Positions 51,189 through 62,445 of a stretch of 64,000 nucleotides of DNA are shown here, one piece after another. The notes under the pieces were generated by a model. It was not told where the DNA came from, searched no databases, and saw only the letters and a program-made list of their open reading frames with translations. Each line of letters begins with the position of its first letter. Position 1 is the first letter of the stretch. The position numbers and the translations under genes were made by a program. Source of the DNA: Lama glama (Eukaryota); assembly GCA_028534125.1 (NCBI GenBank), contig CM052816.1:99946001-100010000 (forward strand). The letters are read 5' to 3'.

Positions 51189-51386
51189 TTTTTTTTAATT
51201 GAAGTACAGTCAGTTACAATGTACTGATTTCTGGTGCACCGCACAGTGTCCCAGTCATGCATATACATACATATATTCATTTCCATATTTTTTTCCATTA
51301 AAGGTTATTACAAAGTATTGAACATAGTTCCCTGTGCTGTACAGAAGAAACTTTTTAAAAATGTATTTGTATATATAGTGGCTAAC
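51189..51386 (-). mobile_element. Short LINE-1 3' end (camelid-like)
   Basis: ttttttaattgaagtacagtcagttacaatg...aaggttattacaaagtattgaacatagttccctgtgctgtacagaagaaac, homologous to the other L1 tails in the window. Confidence 0.9.
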
Positions 51387-52001
51387 ACTCCCTCCTTCTT
51401 TGATGAGTGGAGCTCACTTTGAAATCAGAGATGCCTATGAAGGAGATGTAGGGGAGGGGGGCAGGCAGCGAGGCTGAGGGGGACCTGGGCCTCCAAATCT
51501 CGGCCTCACCGTGGGAGGAACAGCCCTAATGAGTAGACTCAGTGCATCTTTACTTAACGGGGCGCAGGATGGGATCCCTTTGAGGAAGGACGATGCACGT
51601 CAGAGTACTTGCAATCTTACCCACGTGAAGGAAAAAAACCTGGAATTTGGACCCTAGTCTTGTCGCAGGAGGTGAGTTTGTACAAGTTACAACAGGAGAG
51701 GTAACTTCTGAATTCAGAGCTCTGAAACACTGGATTTCAGAAACCTTAAAACGTAAGGCTGTGAGAAAGCACAAAGCCACCCAGAAATAGTTCTGGGCGC
51801 CAGCAGCCTTGCAGACGCTCACCGTCTGGAAGGAGAGGTGAAGCCCGAAGGTCTCAGAGTTTGACAGCCAGGGTCAGCTTCCCAGCCAGCGCCTGACTCC
51901 CAGCTGGGGTGCCCTGCGGTGCTGCAGACGGCAGTGCCTTCCTTCCCCTGCTCGTCCCTTCCTCCTGTCCCGACCGCTTTAACTCAGTCTTGTTTCCGCA
52001 G

Positions 52002-52101
52002 GAGTGCCGTGTGGGTTCACGTTTCTTCCCAGATGGAGGAGGAAGAGGTTCTAGCTTCCTGGGTTCTTGACCTCATGACAGCAGTGCCCTCGTGCTGAAA
52101 G
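52002..52101 (+). other. Candidate non-coding (5'UTR) exon; alternative acceptor would give 52033-52101
   Basis: Branch-like ctttaac (51977-51983), acceptor tcttgtttccgcag (AG 52000-52001), second acceptor gtttcttcccag (AG 52031-52032), donor AAG|gtcagc at 52102; purine-rich ggaggaggaagagg enhancer-like run inside. Confidence 0.45.
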
Positions 52102-52904
52102 GTCAGCGCTGATGGATGATCAATGGATGGATGAGCGATGCATGGATGAGCAGAGAAGGACCATCTGTACGGGTCCCCCAGGGGAGCACCTCGAGGCTGC
52201 ACCTGACTGAGGTCTGCGCCCCGTGTCAGCAACTGACCACCGCTGCCTGCCCTTCCCAGCGAGGGATGGACGGTGCAGTCGGTGTCTCTCCCGCCTGGCC
52301 TCGCCCGAGTCCTAAAAAGGCTGCTCCTCTGGAAAGTGGAGAACGACAAAGACTCCTTCTCATGCTCATCGCTGTCCTCTTCTGTGCTTTCCCGTCTTTT
52401 TCTTCGTCCCCTCATCGCAGCCTCTCCTCTTGGTCCTGCTCATGCTTCTCAGGTGGCGGACACACCCTTTCCTCCTCCACCCGCCTCTCCGTCCCCCTCC
52501 ACACACTTAGGGACCACTTTGATCCACTGAGCAGAATTTACCTTTTCTTGACTTCCTTTTAAAACACTGTCTGCCCTTTGGGCCAGTCACACTCTGGCTT
52601 CTGGGCACCGCAGGGGCGGTCTTGCAAGAAAGGGCCCCTGCCTTACTGCCGAGGGCAGGCGGGTGGGACTCACTCCGCCCGCCCGCGGCTGGAGCCGGCT
52701 GAGGCCGGTCCACCCTCCACCTTTGAATGTGTGCTCAGCTTCTTTTTAAACATGAATGAGTCCATGTCTCTTGTGTTTCTTAATAAGTATTTTTCTTTCT
52801 TCTGCTCTTTCCAAACTTTGCATCTAAATATAAATTAGGATTGACATCTGAAGTGAATCCAACAAAACAAAACAAATCAGGCCTGAGCAAGCACAGGCTG
52901 CATC

Positions 52905-53010
52905 CTGGGGCTCATTCTGCCCTGAGCTGACCACTGTCCCACCTCCTGGGCTTCATTCTTCTCACCTAGAAATGCTTCCCACCTGCTCTGTATCTCTCAG
53001 CAGTGCTGTG
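52905..53010 (+). mobile_element. MIR SINE fragment
   Basis: ctctgccctgagctgacc...ctcctgggcttcattcttctcacctagaaatg; weak. Confidence 0.35.
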
Positions 53011-53024
53011 GCCGTAAACGGAGC

Positions 53025-53229
53025 AGAGACACACTACTGCGTATGGACTAGATAAGCCACCAAGCCCTTCTTTGCAGCACAGGGAACTACACTCAGTGCC
53101 TTGTAATGGCCTGTAACGGAAAAGCATCTGAAAAAGGAGACGTGTATGTATGTATACAACTGAATCACTTTGCTGGATGCAGGCACTAACATAGCACTGT
53201 ACCTCAACTACACTTTAATAATAAAAAAA
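53025..53229 (+). mobile_element. LINE-1 3'UTR end
   Basis: cagcacagggaactacactcagtgccttgtaatggcctgtaacggaaaagcatctgaaaaagg...caactgaatcactttgctg...caactacactttaataataaaaaaa. Confidence 0.9.
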
Positions 53230-54059
53230 CTCAAGGCTAAGGTCAAGGCTCTCTGATCCCAAAGCACAAACCCAGTGCTGGTCTTATGAAGCACACCTAC
53301 AAAGACAGGCTCTCTGTCTGGGTGGGGCAACCCACGGTTCAACCCCCCCACGGCCCGGGGGGCTCCGGGCGGGTGGAGCAGGGTCAGGTGACGGGCGTGT
53401 GTCTCCAGCTGACCTGCACGCAGAGGCCAGGAGGAGGCGGGGTTGACCTCCATCCCAGTTGAGGACGATGGGTCTGGATTTTACATGTCGGGGGAGTGTG
53501 GGGGGGCGTGTGGCTGGCCTTCAGGTGATAGGTGCACGTCCCACTAAGCTTCAAACCTCCACCACCTTCTAGAACCTCTTTCCAAATCCCTCATTATTTT
53601 GAAATAGGAAACACGTATCTTCTCCCTTTTCACTTTCAGGGCTTCACATTTTCACTCACTTTGGATTGCCGACAATCACAAAAACAAAAGTCATCTCCAA
53701 ACACCCCTGGAGTTATCTTACTATTCTTTCGTTCCTTCCTGAATCACAAGTGGTCGAAGTCAAACCAGTGATGGAGAAGAGCGACGATCTGCTCCCGCCC
53801 CCCAGGCCTCTCGTCCGCCCTTCTTCTCGGTGTTTCTCAGCACTTCTCCCCAAAGCCCGTCCTCAGAGCTGGTCTTCACTGCTCCTCGGTGGCCGCGGGC
53901 CCACCTTCGTGTTCCTCACGCAGCCGAAGTCACAGCCTGCGCGTTACAGACGCGAGAGGCGGGCCTGTGTGCTGATTGGCTGAAGCGCTACCTGTGCTGG
54001 TGGGGACGCGGGGCCACGTCCGACCTCTGCTCCCCTCAGACGTGCGGTGGAAGCTCGCC

Positions 54060-55330
54060 TCAAGTCTGTGCAAAAGTCAACGGGAAATAGAAAATTCCTT
54101 CAGCGAGGAAATCAACACACCGACACGCACACTTATCACACGCTGGCGCCTCTGGCGGCTCGGCTCCCCCTTCCTGCTGAGCGCTACATTTCCATTTTTT
54201 CTTTTGCATTTTAATGACATCATGCGTCCTAATCTTCATGGCGAACAGGAACCCCGTGCTCTGTGCATCACAGCGAAGTGTGTTCATCTCTACACTCAAA
54301 TTCCTTGTGCTCTGTGTTTAAGGAGGGAAAGAAAAAAAAAAACAAAAAACTGAAAGATTGGAAGTAACCAAAACTCAGGAAAGTTGTCTCGTACCTTTTC
54401 AAGAGTCCATGTAGACGGGAGTCATTTTGAAGCGAAAAGGATTCTGAAAAGTGCGATGAGCGTTTTCGCCTCCTGTTTCTCTGCCTGCTACCTGGACGGT
54501 TAATCACGCCTTTTAGGTGCTGGGTGTGAGAATGGGTCTGCCTCATTCGGATTATAAATGCGATTTTTCCCCGCATCTGCTGGGTAGGGCTTGGAAAGCA
54601 GAGCTGGGGGTGAGGATGTCGACACACAGATGACCGAGGGGTGTGAGCGGGCCGCCCTGATGCCAGGTGTCGGTCTAGGAAGGTCCGGGGGCCCCAGGTC
54701 TCCATCCTGCCTTTTATCAGCCTCATGTTAAAACAGCATTGATCCCAGCTGAAAACCCAATGCAGACAATGAAGTTCAATAACAGCTCCATTACAGCCGG
54801 GCCGCTGATTGGAGGAGGGTAACACTGACGTTAGTGGTACTCAGCTGGACCTGCCAACATCGACCACACCGTGAAATCTCTCGTTAAAGAAAGAAAAATA
54901 GTGTTTGCTGTGTGATTGAACAATTTTATGTTCCCCCTCGCGCTCCGCTCTGCCTCTCGGCCTCCCCTTCTCCCGCTGCCTCGCCGGCTCTGACTCCTTT
55001 CCTTTGTGTGAGCGCCTATCAAATCAAGACCCCGGATCGATCCGGTATGTCACCGAGTGAGGAGGTTATTTACGCCGGCATCCAATCTCCAGCCGCCGTT
55101 GTATCTGAGCAGGGAACAAGGCCAGAGATTTTGTTAACATTGAAAGGAACATCAGAGCAGCACCTCTGTGCTCGCGAAGAATCATAGTGCTCGCCTCTCA
55201 TGAAACGAGCACTTTTCACAGTCAGTTAGCCTTTAAGTAATAGATATAGTGTGTTCATCCTTGTAAGAGAGATAACTACTTTATTATTTTTTCCATCAGC
55301 TCGGATTTTGAAGGTTAAATAAACTGAACA
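54060..55330. promoter_or_regulatory. Cluster of candidate conserved non-coding elements
   Basis: Repeat-free blocks: cattttaatgacatcatgcgtcctaatc, ggttaatcacg, ttttatcagcc, cattgatcc, gacaatgaag, tgattgaacaattttatg, ctatcaaatcaag. Confidence 0.55.
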
Positions 55331-55399
55331 AGGATGGATGGTCAGGACACACCTCCCTTCCATGCGCACACGCAGGCACACAGACGCCGGCCTCTCCGG

Positions 55400-55870
55400 C
55401 ACAGCAATGAATGATCCTATTTATGTTAATGCATACACGCCTGTTACACAGGTTTTCCCATGATAAGGCGATAGGTTAATGAAATGCTCATTTCATTTTA
55501 CCAGTTGTTTTCTCTGTGAAGTTCCGATAAGTAGCAAACCAATGAAGCTTGTAATTACAATCTTACAGAAACCCGGCCAATCTGTATATAAATCTCACCA
55601 TCCAATTACAAGATGTAATAATTTTGCAGTCAAGCTGGTAATGAGGTCTAATGCTCAGGCCTGCGATAATCCCCCCTGGATGCCGACTCTATCAGCTGTT
55701 AGCTTTGTAATTATATGAGCAAAAAATCATTATTTCATGTTCAAGTAGAAAATGAGGTTGGTGGGAAGTTAATTTTCTCTATGCTCTGTGAAGCGTAGAC
55801 AAGAATTTAATGATTTAATTACAGTTGTTAGTCCTTTTTTGCGAGAGGCTTAAATTGAGCTAAGCATTTT
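55400..55870. promoter_or_regulatory. Candidate highly conserved non-coding element (enhancer)
   Basis: AT-rich complex island with repeated TAATTA/CAATTA (ttgtaattacaa palindrome 55549-55560, ccaattaca, tgtaattata, ttaattaca) and GATA motifs (tgataag, cgataag). It resembles a vertebrate-conserved element I recall but cannot verify here. Confidence 0.7.
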
Positions 55871-56749
55871 TCATAGCCTGACATCAAGAGTCCGGGAACA
55901 TCAAGGATTTTGACAGCATACAAAATGACAAGCAGCCCGCAGGCCCTGGAATTTTGAAGAGAGAATCTCCTGGCATTTTTAACAGCTTCAGAAAATGGTT
56001 AAATCCGCATTGCCAAGGTAACCACAGCCCAGGGACACAAACCAGCCAGATAAAAGTAACATCAACAAATATTAGCTGCTTCGTCTTTCTCCACCGGCTG
56101 CTAATCCAGTGTCTGTGAGTTTGTCATATCAGATTACTATGACAGTCATGGTGAGGAGGAGAAGGAAGCACCTTTCTGCCGAGAAAGGACAATATCGTTT
56201 TCTGCCCCCTCCCCGCCCGGTTTTGAATTTCAAAGCAGGCCACGAGCGGCGTGTGCAGCTCCCTGACTTGCACATAGCCTTCACGGGAGAGGCGCAGCAA
56301 ACAAACTCCTCCGAGCAATCCCTAAAAGGCTTCGGCTTGCTGCCTTTTTTTTTTTTTTTGAAAACTGCTTTAAGCTATTTAATTCTACTTCAGAAATACG
56401 GTCTCCTTGTTTATTCAAGGGCTGTGTGTTTGGAGTAGTTTGAACCGCCGCACATGGAATTGTGAAGATGGCTCATTACGTGTTTTTTTTTTTTTTCCCA
56501 GCCCGGATTTGCTTTCACACGGTGTTCCCTGCGAGGACCGTCTGTGTGGCCGCAGTCGGCAGGGAGGAGAGGGGCGTTCCCCAGCCCGGTCTGTGGCCCT
56601 CCCGCCGCACACCGTCTCCAGCGGAGGACGGAGAATCCTGGTGGGAGCAGCCACTCTGGGCACTTACGTATGCATGGCAGCGAGTCCTAATTCCAGCTTC
56701 AAATATTTGCTCTGAGCTGTGCGGTGGCCAAGTGGCAGGAGGAGACATT

Positions 56750-56990
56750 TTGCTCAGGCAGGACGTACTTCCATAATTGCTTTTCAAATTTCAGATACTG
56801 TTACAAGAGTTATTGCTGTGTTCGGGCCCAATTCATGGAAGGGCTATGCATCATTTATGAAAGATGTTCATGCACTGTTTGCAGAAAATGTGGCAAACAC
56901 CTTTTCCGAATCAAGTAAAATAGCCAATTTGGTAATTCATCAACCCCATCCCCACACGCACCTCGAGAAGGAAGTCCATTATTATGCACA
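56750..56990. promoter_or_regulatory. Candidate conserved non-coding element
   Basis: ccataattgc, ccaattcatgg, atgcatcatttatgaaa, ggtaattcatc, ccattattatgc. Confidence 0.4.
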
Positions 56991-58929
56991 CAAGGCGCCT
57001 GAATACATTAAGTGGGGGGGAGCACAGACCGAACATGAAAGGGACACGTGACATCCCGGGTCTTAGGTGAAGTGAAGAGCGAGACATTCCAGGCAGGATT
57101 GAGTTTTCACAAATTTAGATGACAATAAAACAGCGAAACTGCATGACTTACTCCTGGCACATTCATAATGCAGGCATTTAAAAAGTCAACCAGCAGCCGT
57201 TCCTTTGGATTCCAAGGAGACATCACCCTTCAGAGATGGGGGGAGACGTGTGCATAGGGATCTGTCCTGGGAGGACGTTCTTATTTCGTCAGTGACTCCC
57301 CTGGAAAGCAGCCGTCCCCACGCCACGCGCCTCCACGCCTTCCCCTTCCATCCCATCTTCACAACAAAGGAGACCTTGCTTCCTCCTCTCCTGGCTCCTG
57401 GACGTTGTGTGGGTACCTCGCCTGCCTGCGCAGGGGGAAGTCGGGCCCTGCCCACCAATCCCACCCCTCCTTCTCCCCTTTCCGCGGTCGTGTGTCTGCA
57501 GTCACTCACTCTCCATCCTCCCCGTGCCTGTGGCCATCACACCCGTTCAGCATGGTCCTGCTGCCAGGACTGCGCTCAGCCCTCCCCTCTGAGCACCAAG
57601 CCCTCGCATCTCCTCTCTCCAACTGAACCCGCCCTCTGGGGCTCTTCTACATCCAGGAGCATCACTGGCTCTCCCTCCTCCTCTGCTTGGTCACCACACC
57701 TGGTCAGCGTGCCCACCTAGGATTCTTTAGTCCTTTACAACTGTACAGTGTTAATCGGAGAACACCTGCCACACTGCCACCCATTCCAGGGCGTGGGTCA
57801 CAGCCCCGTTTCTCCATGTCACACTCATTACCTAGACCAACCTTGGGCAAGGATTTACTGATGACAGACTTACTAGCAAGCAATGTATTAATGCACAAAT
57901 TCAATAATCGATCTATTTCTTGTCTCTGAAATATCAGCTCTGCCCAGTAACCCCTGACGGACCAACGCCTGCTTCTCTGGCCACCTGTTGTCCCCAGCGC
58001 GGCCTGCGACAGGTCTGCTCGGTGTGAGTGTGGATTTACACGTCCAGTGCAGCACAAGGACAGGGGCCTACGTGACAGTCTGCCTTGCTCTAGTATTTAC
58101 AATAAGATCACTACAAATACACACGCACAATCTAGAAACGTAGACACAGTCCCAAGTCATGTGGGTGCAAATACTAAAAGGAACTAGTTTAATATCTTTA
58201 TTGCCTCGTCCTGTGGTTCTCAGCTCACATTTGTGTTTTTCTTTCCAAGTTCAGTGCCTGTTCCCCTGACAAAGCCCATAAAACGCCCTCATGGGAGGAG
58301 CGCCTCTTTGTTAGAAAGACACAGTCATTTCTCGTGCACAAGAACCCACTCCATCATGTGTGGTAGACCAGCTGGCCAGAGGGAGAGCCTCGGTCAAAGG
58401 TCTTAAACTTTGGTGGGTTCTGCTTTCTCACCTGCAACGTGGAGGTGTTGACAACAGACTTCTCATGTGTGGCTGGTAGATGTGGCCTTTGTGACAGCAC
58501 CTGGCAGGGCCATAAGGGCTGAGCAACCAGTAGCCAGGATGAGCAGGCCCGTCTTCCCCGAAGCCCAGTTCTGTGCACAGAGCAGGTGGCCACACAGATT
58601 CATCAGTCAACAACTTTAAAAGGTAGGAAGGTGGGCCTCGTTCTGGCTCTCATCAGCTTTGTTTCTGGAGGACACTTAGGTCATTCATGCAGATCCACAG
58701 AACAGTAGAGCCACGACTAACGGTCATGCCGATGGTGGTTGGCGAGTGCCAGGCACGGTGCTCACGGTGTTAGGAAAACCGTCTTTGACCTTGGCTTGGG
58801 AGCCAGGCTGCTGCCCAGCTCAGATGGCTCAGGGAGCAGGGGGAGGCTCCAGCCGCACAGGCTGCCGAGGGCCTGAGCGCAGGCGCAAGCTTCATACTCC
58901 GCAGCGCAGCTCCGTGCAGCGGGCAGCGC

Positions 58930-59110
58930 AGCTCCCCAGCTGAAATGGGGCGGGCAAGTCACTGCCCTGGGGCAGGCTGCCTAATCTCTCTGTCCCTCAG
59001 CCTCCTTATTCTCCAGGTGGGAAAACGACACTTCCCACACACGTCAGGGTGAAGGTCACAGGAACTGGGAAATACAGTAACGTTTCACCAGGACACTGGA
59101 GGTGCTAGGA
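58930..59110 (+). mobile_element. MIR SINE fragment
   Basis: gggcaagtcact...ctaatctctctgtccctcagcctccttattctccaggtggga. Confidence 0.5.
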
Positions 59111-59829
59111 ACACACGAATTCTTCTAAGCAGCATTCATACTGCAGTTGTTCACAATTAAACCCCATAATGTCTGTCCAAAAAGATTTATACTAATATGT
59201 CTTTAGAAGGAAACTAAGTCAGGGAGATAAAATGTCCCTTCAGCCTGGACTCACATTCCATCAACCAGCCAGTGCCGTGCTTCCTGCTGAGGTTGAAGGG
59301 AGCTGGGTAGACCTGGAATCTGAGCTTTCCCATGGATTGAAGCGAGGACTCCTGCAAGATGTCTGCCCAAATAGAAGGCCCACCGAGGCCCAAGATGTGC
59401 TGAGTCAACTTTTATAAATTAAGTTCAGACTTAGAAAGAACGTCCACTTTTTTGAATGAGTGTTTCCTCCATATCCTGACATCAGGCATGAAAACACCCA
59501 GAGCCTGCTCCCCCAGCTTTGGCACTGTTGTCCAAAAGCCATCCAGAAGGAGTCTCCTGGGAACCGAGGTTTGTTCTGACAGTGTCTGAAGGCAGAGCTG
59601 ACTTGTGCTGAGTAAACACTGAGCCTTGTCTGTTGTTAGGCTGGCTTTCCAGACCATTTGACAGCTGAGGACAGAATTTATTTTTGACTTAGAATTTGGA
59701 AAATTTGTGTGCTATGACAACAAAAATTAAACTAGAAATGTTCAGGACACAACCTTCTCCATGGACCAGAAGTACATTATGCTTCAGGACCTCATCCAGC
59801 ACGTACACTGCTTTTGTGTCAACATGTGC

Positions 59830-60400
59830 TTTTAGAAACATTTAATTTGTATAATATTGACAGTTAGACTATAACTGTCAACGTGAACGGTGTGGTCTAA
59901 ATCAACGTGTCATATAACCAGCTTATTTCACACTACATGAGCAGGTTCATATGCAAGTACTTATTGGTCAAATTTCATATTATAATGCACTCTTTCAGTA
60001 AAATCCCCTACTGAAAAACAAGGGCTGGAATTTTATAGTTAATCATTTGCTAAAATTGTTGCATGTTCATATAATCGATAAGGAATCTTAATGTGTTGGT
60101 GAGAGTACCTCATGCGGGAGAGAAGAGATTTTTTCCTCTTCACGTTCAGAGCTTTAATGCATACTGAGCAGACAGACGGTGCACACTCTGAACAATACGT
60201 CCCTGTGAAATTAACCTTAACAGTCTTTTTTTTTTTTTTGGTGTCCTCATAATGCAAACATCTTCTATTTTAGAATTCATATCAAGATTTAAAAGACTGT
60301 TTTCAACCAATTCAGGAGGAACTTGTTGAACAAAAAGACACCAGAATAGGCAACGGATTGCCAAAGAAAATTGGGTAAGTTGTTGCAAAGGGCCGTGCAA
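59830..60400. promoter_or_regulatory. Candidate conserved AT-rich element(s)
   Basis: tttaatttgtataatattgacagttagactataactgtcaa, catatgcaag, gttaatcatttgc, ataatcgata. Confidence 0.35.
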
Positions 60401-61549
60401 ACACCTAGCTGGATCTGCGGGATCAGGACCCTAACGCCTACTAGGAAGAGTCTCCAAGAGTTGAGTTTCCTGTGGTTCTTGAACCTCTGCCATGCTCACT
60501 CCAGGAAATGGGGGCCCACTTGCCCTGGAGTCACAGTCCCACAAAGGTGCAAACTTGACCCCGACTCTGGTGCCCAGAAAGATGACGTCGGATGCACCTC
60601 CCTTACGTTCCACATCATACACATCATGTCCCGCTCAGCGGCGCCCCCTTCTGCCGTAGCTCAATCATCCATTTTTATTGTTTTATGACCCTTTGGACCC
60701 TGATACCCAGAGATCAGAACCACAGAAGAATCAGGGTTCGTTTCAATTCAATAGGAATGTGAAAAAAAATTTCACTCAACATCTTTTCTCCCCCAAGTTG
60801 GTATAAACATATACGAACCTCAAATAGCCACACGTGTGCTTTCCTCACGGCGTTCGAAGGAGACGAGCGTTGGAATGTAGCTTACCTATTGTTTTCTATG
60901 AAAGAAACGTGGATAGCATACTTTTCATCTTTAATTCTAAAATAATATTTTTAGAGTTTCAACTTGTAGGAATCCATGAAATATTGATGTAGACATTTTA
61001 AGTTTTTTTTTTCCCAGAATGCACTGGTAGTTTTTTCTACACATTAATGTTTTCCCTAATGTCTTCTTTCTCTATATACCTTGTAGGTGAAAATACGTAC
61101 CTTAGGCTATTTGTCTGGCATTTATTTGCTTTCCCGTTGCAATAGAGTAAAAGCACTTTGTTTCCAAACCTATATTGTCTGCCTCACATCTTGTCTCTTA
61201 AACTTGGTTAGAAAATTGGCAAACAAAATCTGATTTACACTGAAGTTTACAAAATCTGATTACCACCAGGGTTTAGGTACCACCAGGACTAGTGGCCGTT
61301 GGTGACATTTGGTAGGATGGTAGAAGCCATCTCAACGGGGCAGCCACCAACCCCAGCAAACCTCCTCCTGAAGGCTGGGTTCCTTCTTGGGGAATCTGCG
61401 CTCCAGGTTCCTACCCTTCAAAGTCACGTACCAGCACTTAGTGTGCAAGATCCGCTGCCCCTGCTGGAAGCGTCAGGGCCACCGATGCCCCCAAACAGCA
61501 AGGCTGTGCAGAGCAGTCGGCCCCGTGGCCTTGTCTTACATTCTGTTCA

Positions 61550-61745
61550 AGATGAACAGAAACCAGAAGTGCGTACAATTAAGCTTGCCAAAGCCCGGAA
61601 CATAATTAAGGGCCACTCCTTGGGAACTGCTCATTAAAGATGGTCTTTTAATTGCTATCTTGCTAGAAGAGACCAGAATGAATGAGGTTGTCGCAGTTTC
61701 CCAGTCAATCTTGTAAGGCTGCATTCTCGTAATTGCTGCAGAAAG
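61550..61745. promoter_or_regulatory. Candidate conserved non-coding element
   Basis: Five TAAT/ATTA cores in ~190 bp (acaattaag, cataattaag, tcattaaag, ttttaattgc, cgtaattgc). Confidence 0.5.
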
Positions 61746-62114
61746 GTTCTGGGTTGAACTGGAGAGCCTGCTTCCCAGTCCTGTCACGGGACGAGCCTTG
61801 TTTCCTCGTGCCCCCTCACCCGCCCTCTTAGCCCAGCACCATCAGCTTCCTCCCACCTCCCCCGCCCGCGCCGGGGAGCCTGCGGCAGGCGCCGCCCAGG
61901 CCGGATCGCCAGCGAGTCCACGTCTTCCCTTGTAGTCTCCCCTCTGGTCTCGTCTGCGTGAGTCAGCGGTTTGGAACCGAGCTGCCCACAGCTGGGATCC
62001 AGTGAGCCCAGGGCTGACATCCTTGTTACGTCTGAGGCACGTGGACTGTTGCCTGCAAATGGCAGGTTTGAAGGTAGTTTTGTCCACATTTCAAAGTCTG
62101 TGCCCTGGTGCAGT

Positions 62115-62445
62115 GTAGACCACGCACAGCCCACGGGTCAAACGTGGCCCACCCCTTTCAGGCCTCGGAACTATGAATACCTCTTACATTTTTAAAATTA
62201 GTTGAATAAAACACGAAAGAAGATTTCGTGACGCGTGAAAATCACAGGAGGGCCAGTTTTCAGGGCCCGCGAGGACGGCGCCGTGCAGCACGGCAGCCGC
62301 ACTCAGCCCCGCGCCCGGCCTCTGCCCGGGGCGGGTTTACAGCGGCCGGCGGGGAGCCGATGGCCCGCCCCCGGGAGCCTACGAGCCTCGAAGCCTGAAG
62401 CACTTCCCTCCGAGCCTTCCCAGAGCGCGGCTGCCGACTTCCGGT
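62115..62445 (+). mobile_element. MER58B-like hAT-Charlie DNA transposon, strongly GC-shifted
   Basis: cagcccacgggtcaaacgtggccc, ttacatttttaaaattagttgaataaaa, tttcgtgacgcgtgaaaatca and 3' cgaagcctgaagcacttccctccgagccttcccagag...gctgccgacttccgg follow the MER58B layout. Confidence 0.65.

Noticed and set aside
60641..60654. CTCF-like site gcgcccccttctgc
   Set aside because: Two core mismatches and no supporting context; cannot be called from sequence alone.
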